Assembly (NCBI RefSeq): GCF_000619845.1
Contig: NZ_JHUX01000003.1
Location: forward strand, 700,064 to 732,063
Direction of reading: 5' to 3'
DNA from: Alkanindiges illinoisensis DSM 15370
GTDB taxonomy: Bacteria > Pseudomonadota > Gammaproteobacteria > Pseudomonadales > Moraxellaceae
DNA length: 32,000 nt
This document shows, in pieces, positions 18,452 through 27,375 of the stretch. The position numbers and the translations under genes are program-made. Positions within the stretch are counted from its first letter, which is position 1; every line of letters begins with the position of its first letter. Under the pieces are notes generated by a model. That model ran no database searches, was not told the DNA's origin, and was given only the letters and a program-made list of their open reading frames with translations.

Positions 18452-18537
18452 CAAATAACAAATAACTGTTTTAAAACAAGGTGTGATCATCGCATAATTT
18501 GGCCAGACTCCATAGATCAAATCACAGGAAAACAATC

Positions 18538-19002
18538 ATGAGTGGGCGCTATCAATATGCAGGTTTTTGGGTGCGGTTTGGGGCATCCGTGGTAGATACG
18601 GTTTTAATGCTGCTGATCACCATTCCTTTGCTGATTCTGTGTTATGGCTTTGATACCTACTGGCAGGCTGCCCAGAATGGCGATTTTCTGGGGCTTGGCG
18701 AAGTCATTATTTCCTGGCTATTTCCAATTGTGGCAACCATCTGGTTTTGGCTGAAAATGCAGGCTACTCCGGGCAAAATCCTGTTTTCCCTCAAAGTACT
18801 GGATGAAAAAACCGGCCAGCCCATTACGTTAACGCAATCGGTGATTCGTTATCTGGGCTATTTTGCCTCAACTATTGTGCTGCTTTTAGGCTTTATCTGG
18901 GTGGCGTTTGATCGTAAGAAGCAGGGCTGGCATGACAAAATGGCAGGTACAGTAGTGGTGCGTGATTACGGCATGGATGTTACACCGCTTCTGGTTGAAT
19001 AA
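18538..19002 (+). CDS. RDD family membrane protein
   Basis: YAGFWVRFGASVVDTVL and GWHDKMAGTVVV are the two ends of the RDD domain. The ATG at 18538 has an AGGAA SD and is preferred over the listed TTG at 18499. Confidence 0.8.
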   Translation: MSGRYQYAGFWVRFGASVVDTVLMLLITIPLLILCYGFDTYWQAAQNGDFLGLGEVIISWLFPIVATIWFWLKMQATPGKILFSLKVLDEKTGQPITLTQSVIRYLGYFASTIVLLLGFIWVAFDRKKQGWHDKMAGTVVVRDYGMDVTPLLVE

Positions 19003-19057
19003 TAATTAAGAGCTGGCTCAACCGTGATAGTTATACGGTTAAACTATTGGGAATAAA

Positions 19058-19089
19058 TAAAAAGACGCTATCCGATAGCGTCTTTTTTG
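19058..19089. terminator. Bidirectional rho-independent terminator between the RDD gene (+) and tal (-)
   Basis: AAAAA-GACGCTAT-CCG-ATAGCGTC-TTTTTT: a perfect 8-bp stem with an A-run and a T-run on either side. Confidence 0.85.
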
Positions 19090-19111
19090 ATTCAGGTTAT
19101 ACCTTAATGGA

Positions 19112-20164
19112 TTAAGCCTTGATTTCACCAATACCAAAGCTTTCTCGCAACTGGTGCGATAACTGGTCGCGTGCTTTAATAAATCCATCGATTCCAGCCT
19201 GTAATAGCGCATAGGCCATTTCATCACGATTTAAAAATTCCTCAAAACGGCTTTCGTCCAGTTCTACATACTCTACGGGTTCAGCCTGTGCGGCCAGTGC
19301 TTCAGATAACTGTGGCTGAACTTGCTCATGGCGCTGCTGGAGTTCTTGCAAAATAGAGGGCGCAATGGTGAGTAAATCACAACCTGCCAGTGCTAGAACC
19401 TGCTCGCTACTTCTAAAGCTGGCACCCATCACCTGTGTTTTTAGACCATGTTGCTTGTAGTAGTTGTAAATTTGTTTAACCGAATTGACACCGGGGTCTT
19501 GTTCAATTGGATAGGAATCGCGGTTTTCCTTTTTCTTGTACCAGTCCAGAATGCGGCCTACAAACGGCGAAATCAGTGTTACTTTGGCGTCGGCGCAGGC
19601 AGAAGCCTGATGCAAATTGAAAATCAGGGTTAGGTTACAATGAATACCCTGTTCTTCCAGGTATTTTGCAGCCTGAATGCCTTGCCAGGTAGCAGCAATT
19701 TTAATGAGTACGCGGTCTTTATTGATGCCTGCTGCTTCATAGAGCTTGATTAGTTCAAGGGCACGGCTAATGGTAGCTTCGGTGTTAAAAGAAAAATTAG
19801 GATCAACTTCTGTCGATACGCGGCCTTCAACCAGTTTTAGGATTTCAATGCCCAGCTTAACCGTCAGGATATCAATGGTGCGATTGAGCAGGGGTTCACC
19901 GGTTAAACCTTCCTGCTGGGCCTGCTCATAGGCTGCCTCAATCAGATGGACATTTTCCGGCATGCTGGCTGCGGCAGTAATTAGGGATGGATTGGTAGTG
20001 GCATCTAGTGGACGAAATTGTTTAATGGCATTTAAGTCGCCGGTATCAGCCACGACGGTAGTGAGCTTGCACAGTTGTGCCAAGGCACTGTCAGGTTGAG
20101 CGGTATTTTGTTGAGTCGAACTGTTTGCATTAGAAGAAGTGGTGGAAGAAAGGGAACTGCTCAT
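19112..20164 (-). CDS. tal: Transaldolase (TalB type)
   Basis: [18 protein letters not shown], the active-site region [15 protein letters not shown], and [13 protein letters not shown]. The N-terminal ~25 aa are a low-complexity S/T/N/Q extension, so the start is somewhat uncertain. Confidence 0.93.
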   Translation of the reverse strand: [350 protein letters not shown]

Positions 20165-20436
20165 TTTAAGTTTTTATCCTGAAATTGTGGGTAAATGGAA
20201 TGCCATGGATCAATTAACTTATATTGAGTGGCCAATCAGTTGTAGGTCAATGTAACAAATAGGATTTATGCCCGTATAGGGTTATTTACGTATCCATAAA
20301 GATTCCTGTACGCTTTGCTATTTAAGGATTAAATCGGTTTTAAAGGCATGCAAAACTTAATTGATATAAATCAGATGATGATTTAATGCTGATGACAAAC
20401 CAGCAAGAAGGACACGAATTTTGTTAAAACTCGCCA

Positions 20437-20474
20437 GCTTTTCTCAAACCATTTAAAATCCGGTTGAGAAAAGC
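20437..20474 (-). terminator. Candidate hairpin terminator downstream of the RND pump gene
   Basis: GCTTTTCTCAAACC...GGTTGAGAAAAGC: a ~13-bp stem with one bulge, 20 nt after the pump stop codon. The U-tract on the minus strand is poor. Confidence 0.4.
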
Positions 20475-20494
20475 CACAAGGGTTATGTTCACGT

Positions 20495-23400
20495 TTAGGA
20501 GTTTACCGTTTTATGTTTTCCCCGAATCCGGTAAATGAGCTGATGCAAGTCATCAATTAAGGTATATACCACTGGAATGACCAGCAAGGATAAGAAAGTA
20601 CTGGTAATCAGGCCGCCAATCACGGCAATTGCCATGGGGGAACGGAAGCTGGGATCAGTACCAATGCCTAATGCAATGGGCAACATGCCAGCGCCCATGG
20701 CAATGGTGGTCATGATGATGGGCCGCGCGCGCTTGTGACAGGCATCCAGCAAGGCGTCAAAGCGTGGCATGCCTTGCTCCTTACGTGCCAGAATGGCGTA
20801 ATCCACCAGCAGAATCGAGTTTTTACAGGCAATTCCCATCAGCATAATCAGGCCAATCAGGCTGGGCATGGAAAAGCTGCTGCCTGTAAGCAATAGCAAC
20901 ACAAATGCACCACCCAGCGATAGCGGTAAAGCCACCAGCAGGGTAATCGGTTGCAGAAAATCCTTGAACAACAGCACCAGCACCACATAAATACACATCA
21001 CGCCGGTCAGCATGGCCAAACCAAAACTTGAAAACAGTTCAGCCATCACTTCAGCATCGCCTACATCAGTACGGGTAACCGAAGGCGGCAGGTTTTTCAA
21101 AATAGGCAGCTGGTCGATTTTGGTGGCAACATCGCCCAGTTGCTGGTCATTTAACTCAATATTAAAGTTAACATTGCGCAGACGGTTAAAACGGTCAATC
21201 TGCGATGGGCCGCTATCAATACTGATATCTGCAATACTGCCCAGCATTACAGGCCCACGGCTTCCATTGACCACCAGACGGCCCAGCAGGTTAATGTCCT
21301 GTCGGGCAGAAACCGGCAGCTTGATGACAATGGGAATCTGGCGCTGCGACAGGTTGAGCTTGGCCAGATTCTGGTCAAAATCACCCGCTGTAGCCACACG
21401 CAGGGTTTCGGCAATGGCAGCTGAGGTCACGCCAAGGTCTGCGGCTTTGGCAAAGTCAGGCCGGATCACCACTTCTGGCCGGATCAGGGCTGTGCTGGAT
21501 GTAATGCTGCCAAGTCCTGGAATTGTACGCAACTGGCGTTCCAGTGTGCGGGCCGTGGTCATTAAGGTATCCGGGTCATCACCAGACAAAGCCAACTGGT
21601 ATTTGCTGTTGGCACCGGCCAGACCCACCTGAATCCGCATGCCGGGCAGTACGCTTAAGCGTTCGCGCAGTTCTTTTTCTATTCCTTGCAGGCTAATGTC
21701 ACGTTCGTTGCGCTCGCTGGTTTGAATAGTTAGCGTGGCCTTACGGGCTTCAGCACTGCTGGGTGAAAAGGGATCAGAACCTGCTGCACCCCCACCAATC
21801 GTGGTGTAAATGCTGCGGATTTGGGGGTGGTCCTTAATCAGGTGCCGGGCATATTCAGCTGCTGCCAGTGTTTCAGAAAACTCCGAGCCGGGCACCAGTT
21901 CCAGTTGTACCTGGGTTTGTCCGGTATCGGCTGCCGGAATAAAACCAGTGGGCAATAGCGGAATTAGCATGATGGAACCAACAAAGAACAGGATTGCCGC
22001 CGCCAGTGTGGTTTTACGATGATGAATACACCATGCCACCGTGCGCAGATAATTGCGCATCACAAAGCCGTCGTTGCTCTTGTCATCATACGGGAGGTTT
22101 TGTTGTGCCGGATGATCAACCAGCGCAGGCAGTGTATCCGTGTTGTCAGTCTCTTTTGCTACCCAGGGTTTTAGCAAATAAGCCGACATCATGGGTGTGA
22201 GCAGGCGCGCCACAATCAGCGAGGCAAAAATTGCCAGTGCTGCCGTCCAGCCAAACTGCACAAAAAACTTGCCGGCTATCCCGCTCATAAATGCAGTAGG
22301 CAGGAAGACAGCAATTAAGGTAAATGTGGTCGCAATCACCGCAAGACCAATTTCATCAGCGGCTTCCATGGCGGCTTCATAGGGAGTTTTGCCCATACGC
22401 AGGTGCCGGATGATATTTTCAATTTCGACAATGGCGTCATCCACCAAAATACCCACCACCAGCGACATGGCCAGCAAGGTTACGGTATTAAGGGTAAAGC
22501 CAAAATAATACATGCCAATAATAGCGGGTAAAATCGACAATGGCAGGGCAGTCGCCGCAATCAGGGTGGCACGCCAGTCACGCAGGAACAGCCATACCAC
22601 CAGCACCGCCAGAATAGCGCCTTCATACAACAGCGACATGGAACCTTTGTAATCATCCACTACAGGTTTTACAAAGTTAAATGCCTGTGTGATTTTCAGG
22701 TCTGGGTGTTCCGCTTTAAGTTGCTCCAGCGCGGCTTTAACGCCTTCTTCCACGTCTACTTCACTGGCACCCTTGCTACGGGTAATTTCAAATCCTACTA
22801 CTGGCTGGCCATTTAGCAAGGCCGCCGAGCGCCGTTCGGCAATGCCATCGCGCACGGTTGCCACATCTTCCAGCCGGATACGTCGGCCATCGCTCAGGGG
22901 AATTTCCATCTGGGCAATATCTTTGGCACTTTTGACTGTTGCCAGCGTGCGAATGGACTGCTCATTGCTGCCAATTTTGGTTTGTCCGCCCGAGGCTTCC
23001 TGCTGAACCTGCCGTAACTGGCGTGAGATATCAGCCGCCGAGGCATTTAAGGCCAGCAGGCGGGTCGGGTCCAGTTCAACATTGACCTGCCGGTTGACCC
23101 CGCCCACGCGTGCCACTGCGCCAACGCCGGGTACTTTCAGCATGCTACGGGTAATATCATAATCCACAAACCAGGACAGGGATTCTTCATCCAGCCGTGG
23201 CGACTGTACGGTATAGGTCAGGATAGGCGCACCCGACAGGTTCACCTTGCTGACAATCGGGTCGCGGACATCGGCAGGCAAATCACTACGCACCTGTGAG
23301 ACCGCATTGCGTACATCATCCAGTGCTTCCTGTAAGGGCTTTTCCAGCCGGAATTCGGCAGTCACCGTAACCATGCCATCCTGAATAGTGGTGTACTGGT

Positions 23401-23635
23401 TTTTTAGGCCCTGAATGGTGGCAATGGAGTTTTCAATCTTGCGTGCCACTTCGGTTTCCAGTTGTGGCGGTGCCGCCCCGGGCAGTGCTGCGGCCACAGT
23501 AATCATGGGCAGCTCAATATCCGGGAACTGCTGTATTTTCATCCAGTGAAAACACAATAATCCAGTGAGGGCCAGCATGATAAACAGCAAAATGCTGGGT
23601 ATCGGGTTACGGATAGACCATGCGGAAAAATTCAT
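20495..23635 (-). CDS. RND efflux transporter permease subunit (AcrB/AcrD/AcrF superfamily)
   Basis: 1046 aa, N-terminus MNFSAWSIRNPIPSILLF, 12-TM architecture with two large periplasmic loops, and conserved VGILVDDAIVEIENI in TM4. Confidence 0.95.
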   Translation of the reverse strand: MNFSAWSIRNPIPSILLFIMLALTGLLCFHWMKIQQFPDIELPMITVAAALPGAAPPQLETEVARKIENSIATIQGLKNQYTTIQDGMVTVTAEFRLEKPLQEALDDVRNAVSQVRSDLPADVRDPIVSKVNLSGAPILTYTVQSPRLDEESLSWFVDYDITRSMLKVPGVGAVARVGGVNRQVNVELDPTRLLALNASAADISRQLRQVQQEASGGQTKIGSNEQSIRTLATVKSAKDIAQMEIPLSDGRRIRLEDVATVRDGIAERRSAALLNGQPVVGFEITRSKGASEVDVEEGVKAALEQLKAEHPDLKITQAFNFVKPVVDDYKGSMSLLYEGAILAVLVVWLFLRDWRATLIAATALPLSILPAIIGMYYFGFTLNTVTLLAMSLVVGILVDDAIVEIENIIRHLRMGKTPYEAAMEAADEIGLAVIATTFTLIAVFLPTAFMSGIAGKFFVQFGWTAALAIFASLIVARLLTPMMSAYLLKPWVAKETDNTDTLPALVDHPAQQNLPYDDKSNDGFVMRNYLRTVAWCIHHRKTTLAAAILFFVGSIMLIPLLPTGFIPAADTGQTQVQLELVPGSEFSETLAAAEYARHLIKDHPQIRSIYTTIGGGAAGSDPFSPSSAEARKATLTIQTSERNERDISLQGIEKELRERLSVLPGMRIQVGLAGANSKYQLALSGDDPDTLMTTARTLERQLRTIPGLGSITSSTALIRPEVVIRPDFAKAADLGVTSAAIAETLRVATAGDFDQNLAKLNLSQRQIPIVIKLPVSARQDINLLGRLVVNGSRGPVMLGSIADISIDSGPSQIDRFNRLRNVNFNIELNDQQLGDVATKIDQLPILKNLPPSVTRTDVGDAEVMAELFSSFGLAMLTGVMCIYVVLVLLFKDFLQPITLLVALPLSLGGAFVLLLLTGSSFSMPSLIGLIMLMGIACKNSILLVDYAILARKEQGMPRFDALLDACHKRARPIIMTTIAMGAGMLPIALGIGTDPSFRSPMAIAVIGGLITSTFLSLLVIPVVYTLIDDLHQLIYRIRGKHKTVNS

Positions 23636-24879
23636 GAATCATCCCCTGCGGCAAACTGGCGGTTTAGTGGCGTCTGTGGAATGGCCGTTGCCACTTTGAC
23701 CGTATCACCATCCGTCAAAAATGCTGTACCACTGGCGACTACCCGTACATTGTTAGGCACGCCCATCACTTCAACCCGGTCACCCACACGGCGACCAGTT
23801 TCAATTTTTTGCTGCTGCACGCGGTTTTTGCTGTCTAGTGTAAAGATATAGGCAAAGCCATCACGCAGTAACAAGCTGCTTTGTGGCAGGGTTAGTGCAT
23901 TTTGTGCTCCCAGTTGAAAAGTGCCCTTAACAAACATGCCCATGCGCAGTGCACTGGTGCGTGGCAAGTCCACATAGACCAGACCATAGCGGGTATCGGT
24001 GTTAATGGCAGGGGCAATCATGCGCACGGTGCCCATAATGGGGGGCTGGTCTGGATCAGCCGAAACAACACTGACTTTCATACCGGGTTTTAAGCGGTAC
24101 AGTTCCGAGGTGGTCACTTCGGCGCGCCATTCCAGCCGGTTATCACGAATCATTCGAAACAGTTCCTGTCCGGCTTGTGCCAGCGAACCTACTGTGGCTG
24201 TGCGGGCAGAAATGACGCCGTCATCGGGTGCAACAATGCGGGCCTGTGCCAGACGTAACTGGCTGGATTCAATTTGCGCACGTGCCAGATCAAGCCGGGC
24301 CTGTGCTGTTTGCTGGGTGGTTAAATATTGTGCAGCTTCCTGCGCTGAAATGGCACCGGTATCCTTTAATGCCTGAATGCGCCTTGCATCAGCAACCGCA
24401 TCATTCAGTACAGCCTGCGCTTCAGCAACCGTTGCCCGTGATTGGGCCAGTTCAGCCTGAATGGTATCCGGGTTAATTTGTGCCAGTAACTGACCACGCC
24501 TGACCACATCACCGACATTGACATTGACCTGAGTAATGCGCAGGCCAGACAGTTCACTGCCAATGACCACTTCCTGCCAGGCTACAATGTTACCATTGGC
24601 TTCGAGCGTTTTTTCCCAGTTCCTGTTTTCAGGCTGGGTTGCCGTGACAGTCAGCGCTGTTTGTGTTTGGCCATTCTGGGTGGTATTGGTAGCCTGTGAC
24701 GTGTCTTTATCTTTATTGGAAAAAATCACAAACAAAATAACAAGCAAGGCAACCGCCAGCACAAGTGCCAGAATAATCCAGCGCTTGGTCTTTTTTTCTG
24801 GTCTGTTATTTAGGGTGTTGCCAGAATTATCGGGTTGCGGGTTGACGGGATCAAAACCTGCATTTGGAGTAGATGACAT
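23632..24879 (-). CDS. RND efflux periplasmic adaptor (membrane fusion protein)
   Basis: The HlyD_D23-like core is GSELSGLRITQVNVNVGDVVRRGQLLAQINPD, followed by a coiled-coil hairpin and IVAPDDGVISAR. Its stop overlaps the pump start in ATGA. I prefer the start at Met22 (ATG at 24879, AAGG SD). It has an N-terminal TM anchor, not a lipobox. Confidence 0.9.
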   Translation of the reverse strand: MSSTPNAGFDPVNPQPDNSGNTLNNRPEKKTKRWIILALVLAVALLVILFVIFSNKDKDTSQATNTTQNGQTQTALTVTATQPENRNWEKTLEANGNIVAWQEVVIGSELSGLRITQVNVNVGDVVRRGQLLAQINPDTIQAELAQSRATVAEAQAVLNDAVADARRIQALKDTGAISAQEAAQYLTTQQTAQARLDLARAQIESSQLRLAQARIVAPDDGVISARTATVGSLAQAGQELFRMIRDNRLEWRAEVTTSELYRLKPGMKVSVVSADPDQPPIMGTVRMIAPAINTDTRYGLVYVDLPRTSALRMGMFVKGTFQLGAQNALTLPQSSLLLRDGFAYIFTLDSKNRVQQQKIETGRRVGDRVEVMGVPNNVRVVASGTAFLTDGDTVKVATAIPQTPLNRQFAAGDDS

Positions 24880-25016
24880 TATAAGGCCTTTCAACCGGAT
24901 AGGGACTGAGTGATTTTTATAAGACCTTGGCCTGTAATGCAACTCTTTATCAACTATCTCTTATAAACCGTGTATACTTTGGCGCTTGATACAAGGTAGC
25001 AAGAGCAAAAAATACC

Positions 25017-26138
25017 ATGGCAGCAACGGACGATAATGACTGGCAAAATTCAGGGCTAGCCCCTTCGCTGGATCAGTTACGACAGGATATTGATCAGGTT
25101 GATCAGCAAATTCACCGTCTTTTAAACCAGCGTGCCCGGCTTGCCGAAGGTGTGGCAAAAGCCAAGTTTGCAACCGATTCAAATCCGGTCTTTTATCGTC
25201 CCGAACGAGAAGCGCAGGTGTTGCGCAATGTGATGGCCCGCAACGAAGGCCCACTGGAAAATGAAACCGTAGCCCGGATTTTTCGTGAAATCATGTCAGC
25301 CTGTCTGGCTCTTGAAGCGCCGCAAACCATTGCTTTTTTGGGGCCAGAAGGGACTTTTACCCATGCTGCTGCCCTCAAGCACTTTGGTCATCAGGCCGTT
25401 GTCCGTCCACTGGCTACCATTGATGAAGTTTTCCGTGAAGTTGAAGCCGGTAGCGCACATTATGGCGTAGTGCCGGTTGAAAATTCCTCCGAAGGGGTGG
25501 TCAATCACACACTGGACTGTTTTATTGGTTCACACCTGCATGTCATTGGTGAGGTAGAGCTGCGTATTCATCACCAGTTTCTGATATCGCCAACCACCAA
25601 GCAGGATAGCATTACCAAGATTTATGCGCATCAGCAAACGCTGGCGCAATGCCGCAAGTGGCTCGATGCCCATTATCCGGCTGCCGAGCGTGTAGCACTC
25701 ACCAGTAACGGTGAAGCAGCCAAACGTATTCGCAGTGAGTGGCATTCGGCTGCCATTGCCGGGGAAACAGCCGCCGAACTGTACAACGTGACTGTGCTGC
25801 ATAAAAATATTGAAGACAACCCCAGCAATACCACACGGTTTTTAATTATCGGGCGTGACGCCATTGCAGCCAGTGGGCAGGATAAAACATCCTTGCTGGT
25901 GGCAGCGCATGACCGGGCGGGTGCTTTAATTGAAATTCTGGCACCCTTTGCCAAGCACAACATTAGTCTGACCAGTATTGAAACCCGTCCTGCATTGCCT
26001 GAAAAATGGGCGTATGTGTTCTTTATTGATTTAAATGGTCATGTGTCTGATAGCAATGTGGCTGCTGCACTGGAAGAAATCCGGCCATTGGTTAAGGAAG
26101 TGCGCGTGCTGGGTTCCTATCCCAAGGCAGTGCTTTAG
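25017..26138 (+). CDS. pheA: Bifunctional chorismate mutase / prephenate dehydratase (P-protein)
   Basis: An N-terminal CM_2 helix (LRQDIDQVDQQIHRLLNQRARLAEGVAKAK), the PDT domain (IAFLGPEGTFTH, TRFLIIG), and a C-terminal ACT domain (GALIEILAPFAKHNISLTSIETRP). Confidence 0.95.
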   Translation: MAATDDNDWQNSGLAPSLDQLRQDIDQVDQQIHRLLNQRARLAEGVAKAKFATDSNPVFYRPEREAQVLRNVMARNEGPLENETVARIFREIMSACLALEAPQTIAFLGPEGTFTHAAALKHFGHQAVVRPLATIDEVFREVEAGSAHYGVVPVENSSEGVVNHTLDCFIGSHLHVIGEVELRIHHQFLISPTTKQDSITKIYAHQQTLAQCRKWLDAHYPAAERVALTSNGEAAKRIRSEWHSAAIAGETAAELYNVTVLHKNIEDNPSNTTRFLIIGRDAIAASGQDKTSLLVAAHDRAGALIEILAPFAKHNISLTSIETRPALPEKWAYVFFIDLNGHVSDSNVAAALEEIRPLVKEVRVLGSYPKAVL

Positions 26139-26244
26139 ATGATCAATTTTTAATTTTATTATTTAATGTCAGTTTTTAACTGATGTATTTTGACCTTAAG
26201 GTTTTTAATTTACTGGTTCAACCTGTTTAGCAAGAGAACGTGCC

Positions 26245-27375
26245 ATGTCTACCCAGTCCAGCTTTTTAATTCCACCTGCCAATGACGGGATTTGTCACAT
26301 TGCGCCTTATCAGCCGGGCAAGCCCATTGATGAGTTAAAGCGCGAACTGGGTCTGGATGACGTGATTAAACTGGCCAGTAATGAAAATCCACTGGGTTGT
26401 TCGCCACAAGCCAAAGCTGCCATTCAGCAGGCGATTGATGAAGTAGGCCGTTATCCGGATGGCAATGGTTTTGCACTCAAGCAGCAAATTAGCCAGCAGT
26501 TTGGCGTTGAAATGAACCAGATTACACTGGGTAATGGTTCCAACGATATTCTGGAGTTGGTGGCACGTACTTTTGTTGCAGCGCAGGATGAAGTGATTTA
26601 TAGCCAGCATGCTTTTGCGGTGTATGCACTGGCAACGCAAGCAGTTGGTGCCGTTGGCGTAGAAGTGCCTGCCAAAAACTTTGGGCATGATCTGGCAGCC
26701 ATGGCAAATGCCGTAACGGAAAAAACCCGGGTAATTTTTATTGCCAATCCGAATAATCCAACCGGCACCTGGTTTGAAGAGGGCGAATTTAGCCAGTTTA
26801 TGCAGCAAATTCCAGCAACGGTGCTGGTGGTACTGGATGAAGCCTATGTGGAATATTTCCCGGAAAACTTCAATAGCCTGAAATTCTTAAATCAGTATCC
26901 CAACCTGCTGATCAGCCGCACTCTGTCCAAGGCCTTTGGCTTGGCATCCTTACGCGTGGGTTTTGGCTTGGCGAGTAGCGAAGTGACCAATTTACTCAAC
27001 CGGGTGCGCCAGCCGTTTAATGTGAGTTCATTTGCCTTGGCTGCGGCAGTTGCTGCATTAAAAGATACTGACTTTATCGAGCAAAGCCGTGAGCTGAACA
27101 AACAGGGGATGGCGCAACTGGAACAGGGTTTTGCCAAGCTGGGCTTAAACTGGATTGCTTCGCGCGCCAATTTTATTGCTGTGGATGTGCAGCGTGATGG
27201 CGGGCAAGTATTTAATGCGCTACTTAAAAAAGGCGTGATTGTGCGTCCAGTGGGTGGTGGCTATGCCATGCCGCGTCATATTCGGGTGTCGATTGGCCTG
27301 CCGGAAGAAAATGCCCGTTTTCTGGAGGCATTGGCTCAGGTTCTGGCCGAGATTCCAGCCACTGAGGCTGCCTGA
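26245..27375 (+). CDS. hisC: Histidinol-phosphate/aromatic aminotransferase (class II PLP enzyme)
   Basis: LASNENPLG, IANPNNPTG, VLDEAY, and the PLP-lysine motif SRTLSKAFGLASLRVG. Confidence 0.93.
   Translation: MSTQSSFLIPPANDGICHIAPYQPGKPIDELKRELGLDDVIKLASNENPLGCSPQAKAAIQQAIDEVGRYPDGNGFALKQQISQQFGVEMNQITLGNGSNDILELVARTFVAAQDEVIYSQHAFAVYALATQAVGAVGVEVPAKNFGHDLAAMANAVTEKTRVIFIANPNNPTGTWFEEGEFSQFMQQIPATVLVVLDEAYVEYFPENFNSLKFLNQYPNLLISRTLSKAFGLASLRVGFGLASSEVTNLLNRVRQPFNVSSFALAAAVAALKDTDFIEQSRELNKQGMAQLEQGFAKLGLNWIASRANFIAVDVQRDGGQVFNALLKKGVIVRPVGGGYAMPRHIRVSIGLPEENARFLEALAQVLAEIPATEAA

Noticed and set aside
18452-18537. Apparent overlap of the divergent benE (to 18535) and RDD (from 18499) ORFs.
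   Set aside because: Both long versions use N-terminal extensions absent from the family cores. Internal starts (18451 and 18538) give a normal 86-bp divergent spacer. The benE start remains uncertain.
21012-23006. Several + strand ORFs (21012-21632, 21810-22022, 21994-22200, 22191-22382, 22689-23006) antisense to the RND pump gene.
   Set aside because: These are typical shadow ORFs opposite a long, strongly supported gene. Their products are Ser/Arg/Ala/Pro-rich low-complexity sequences without motifs or SDs.
23902-25254. + strand ORFs antisense to the adaptor gene (23902-24913) and the minus-strand ORF 24961-25254 overlapping the pheA start.
   Set aside because: These are shadow ORFs opposite well-supported genes, with low-complexity products.
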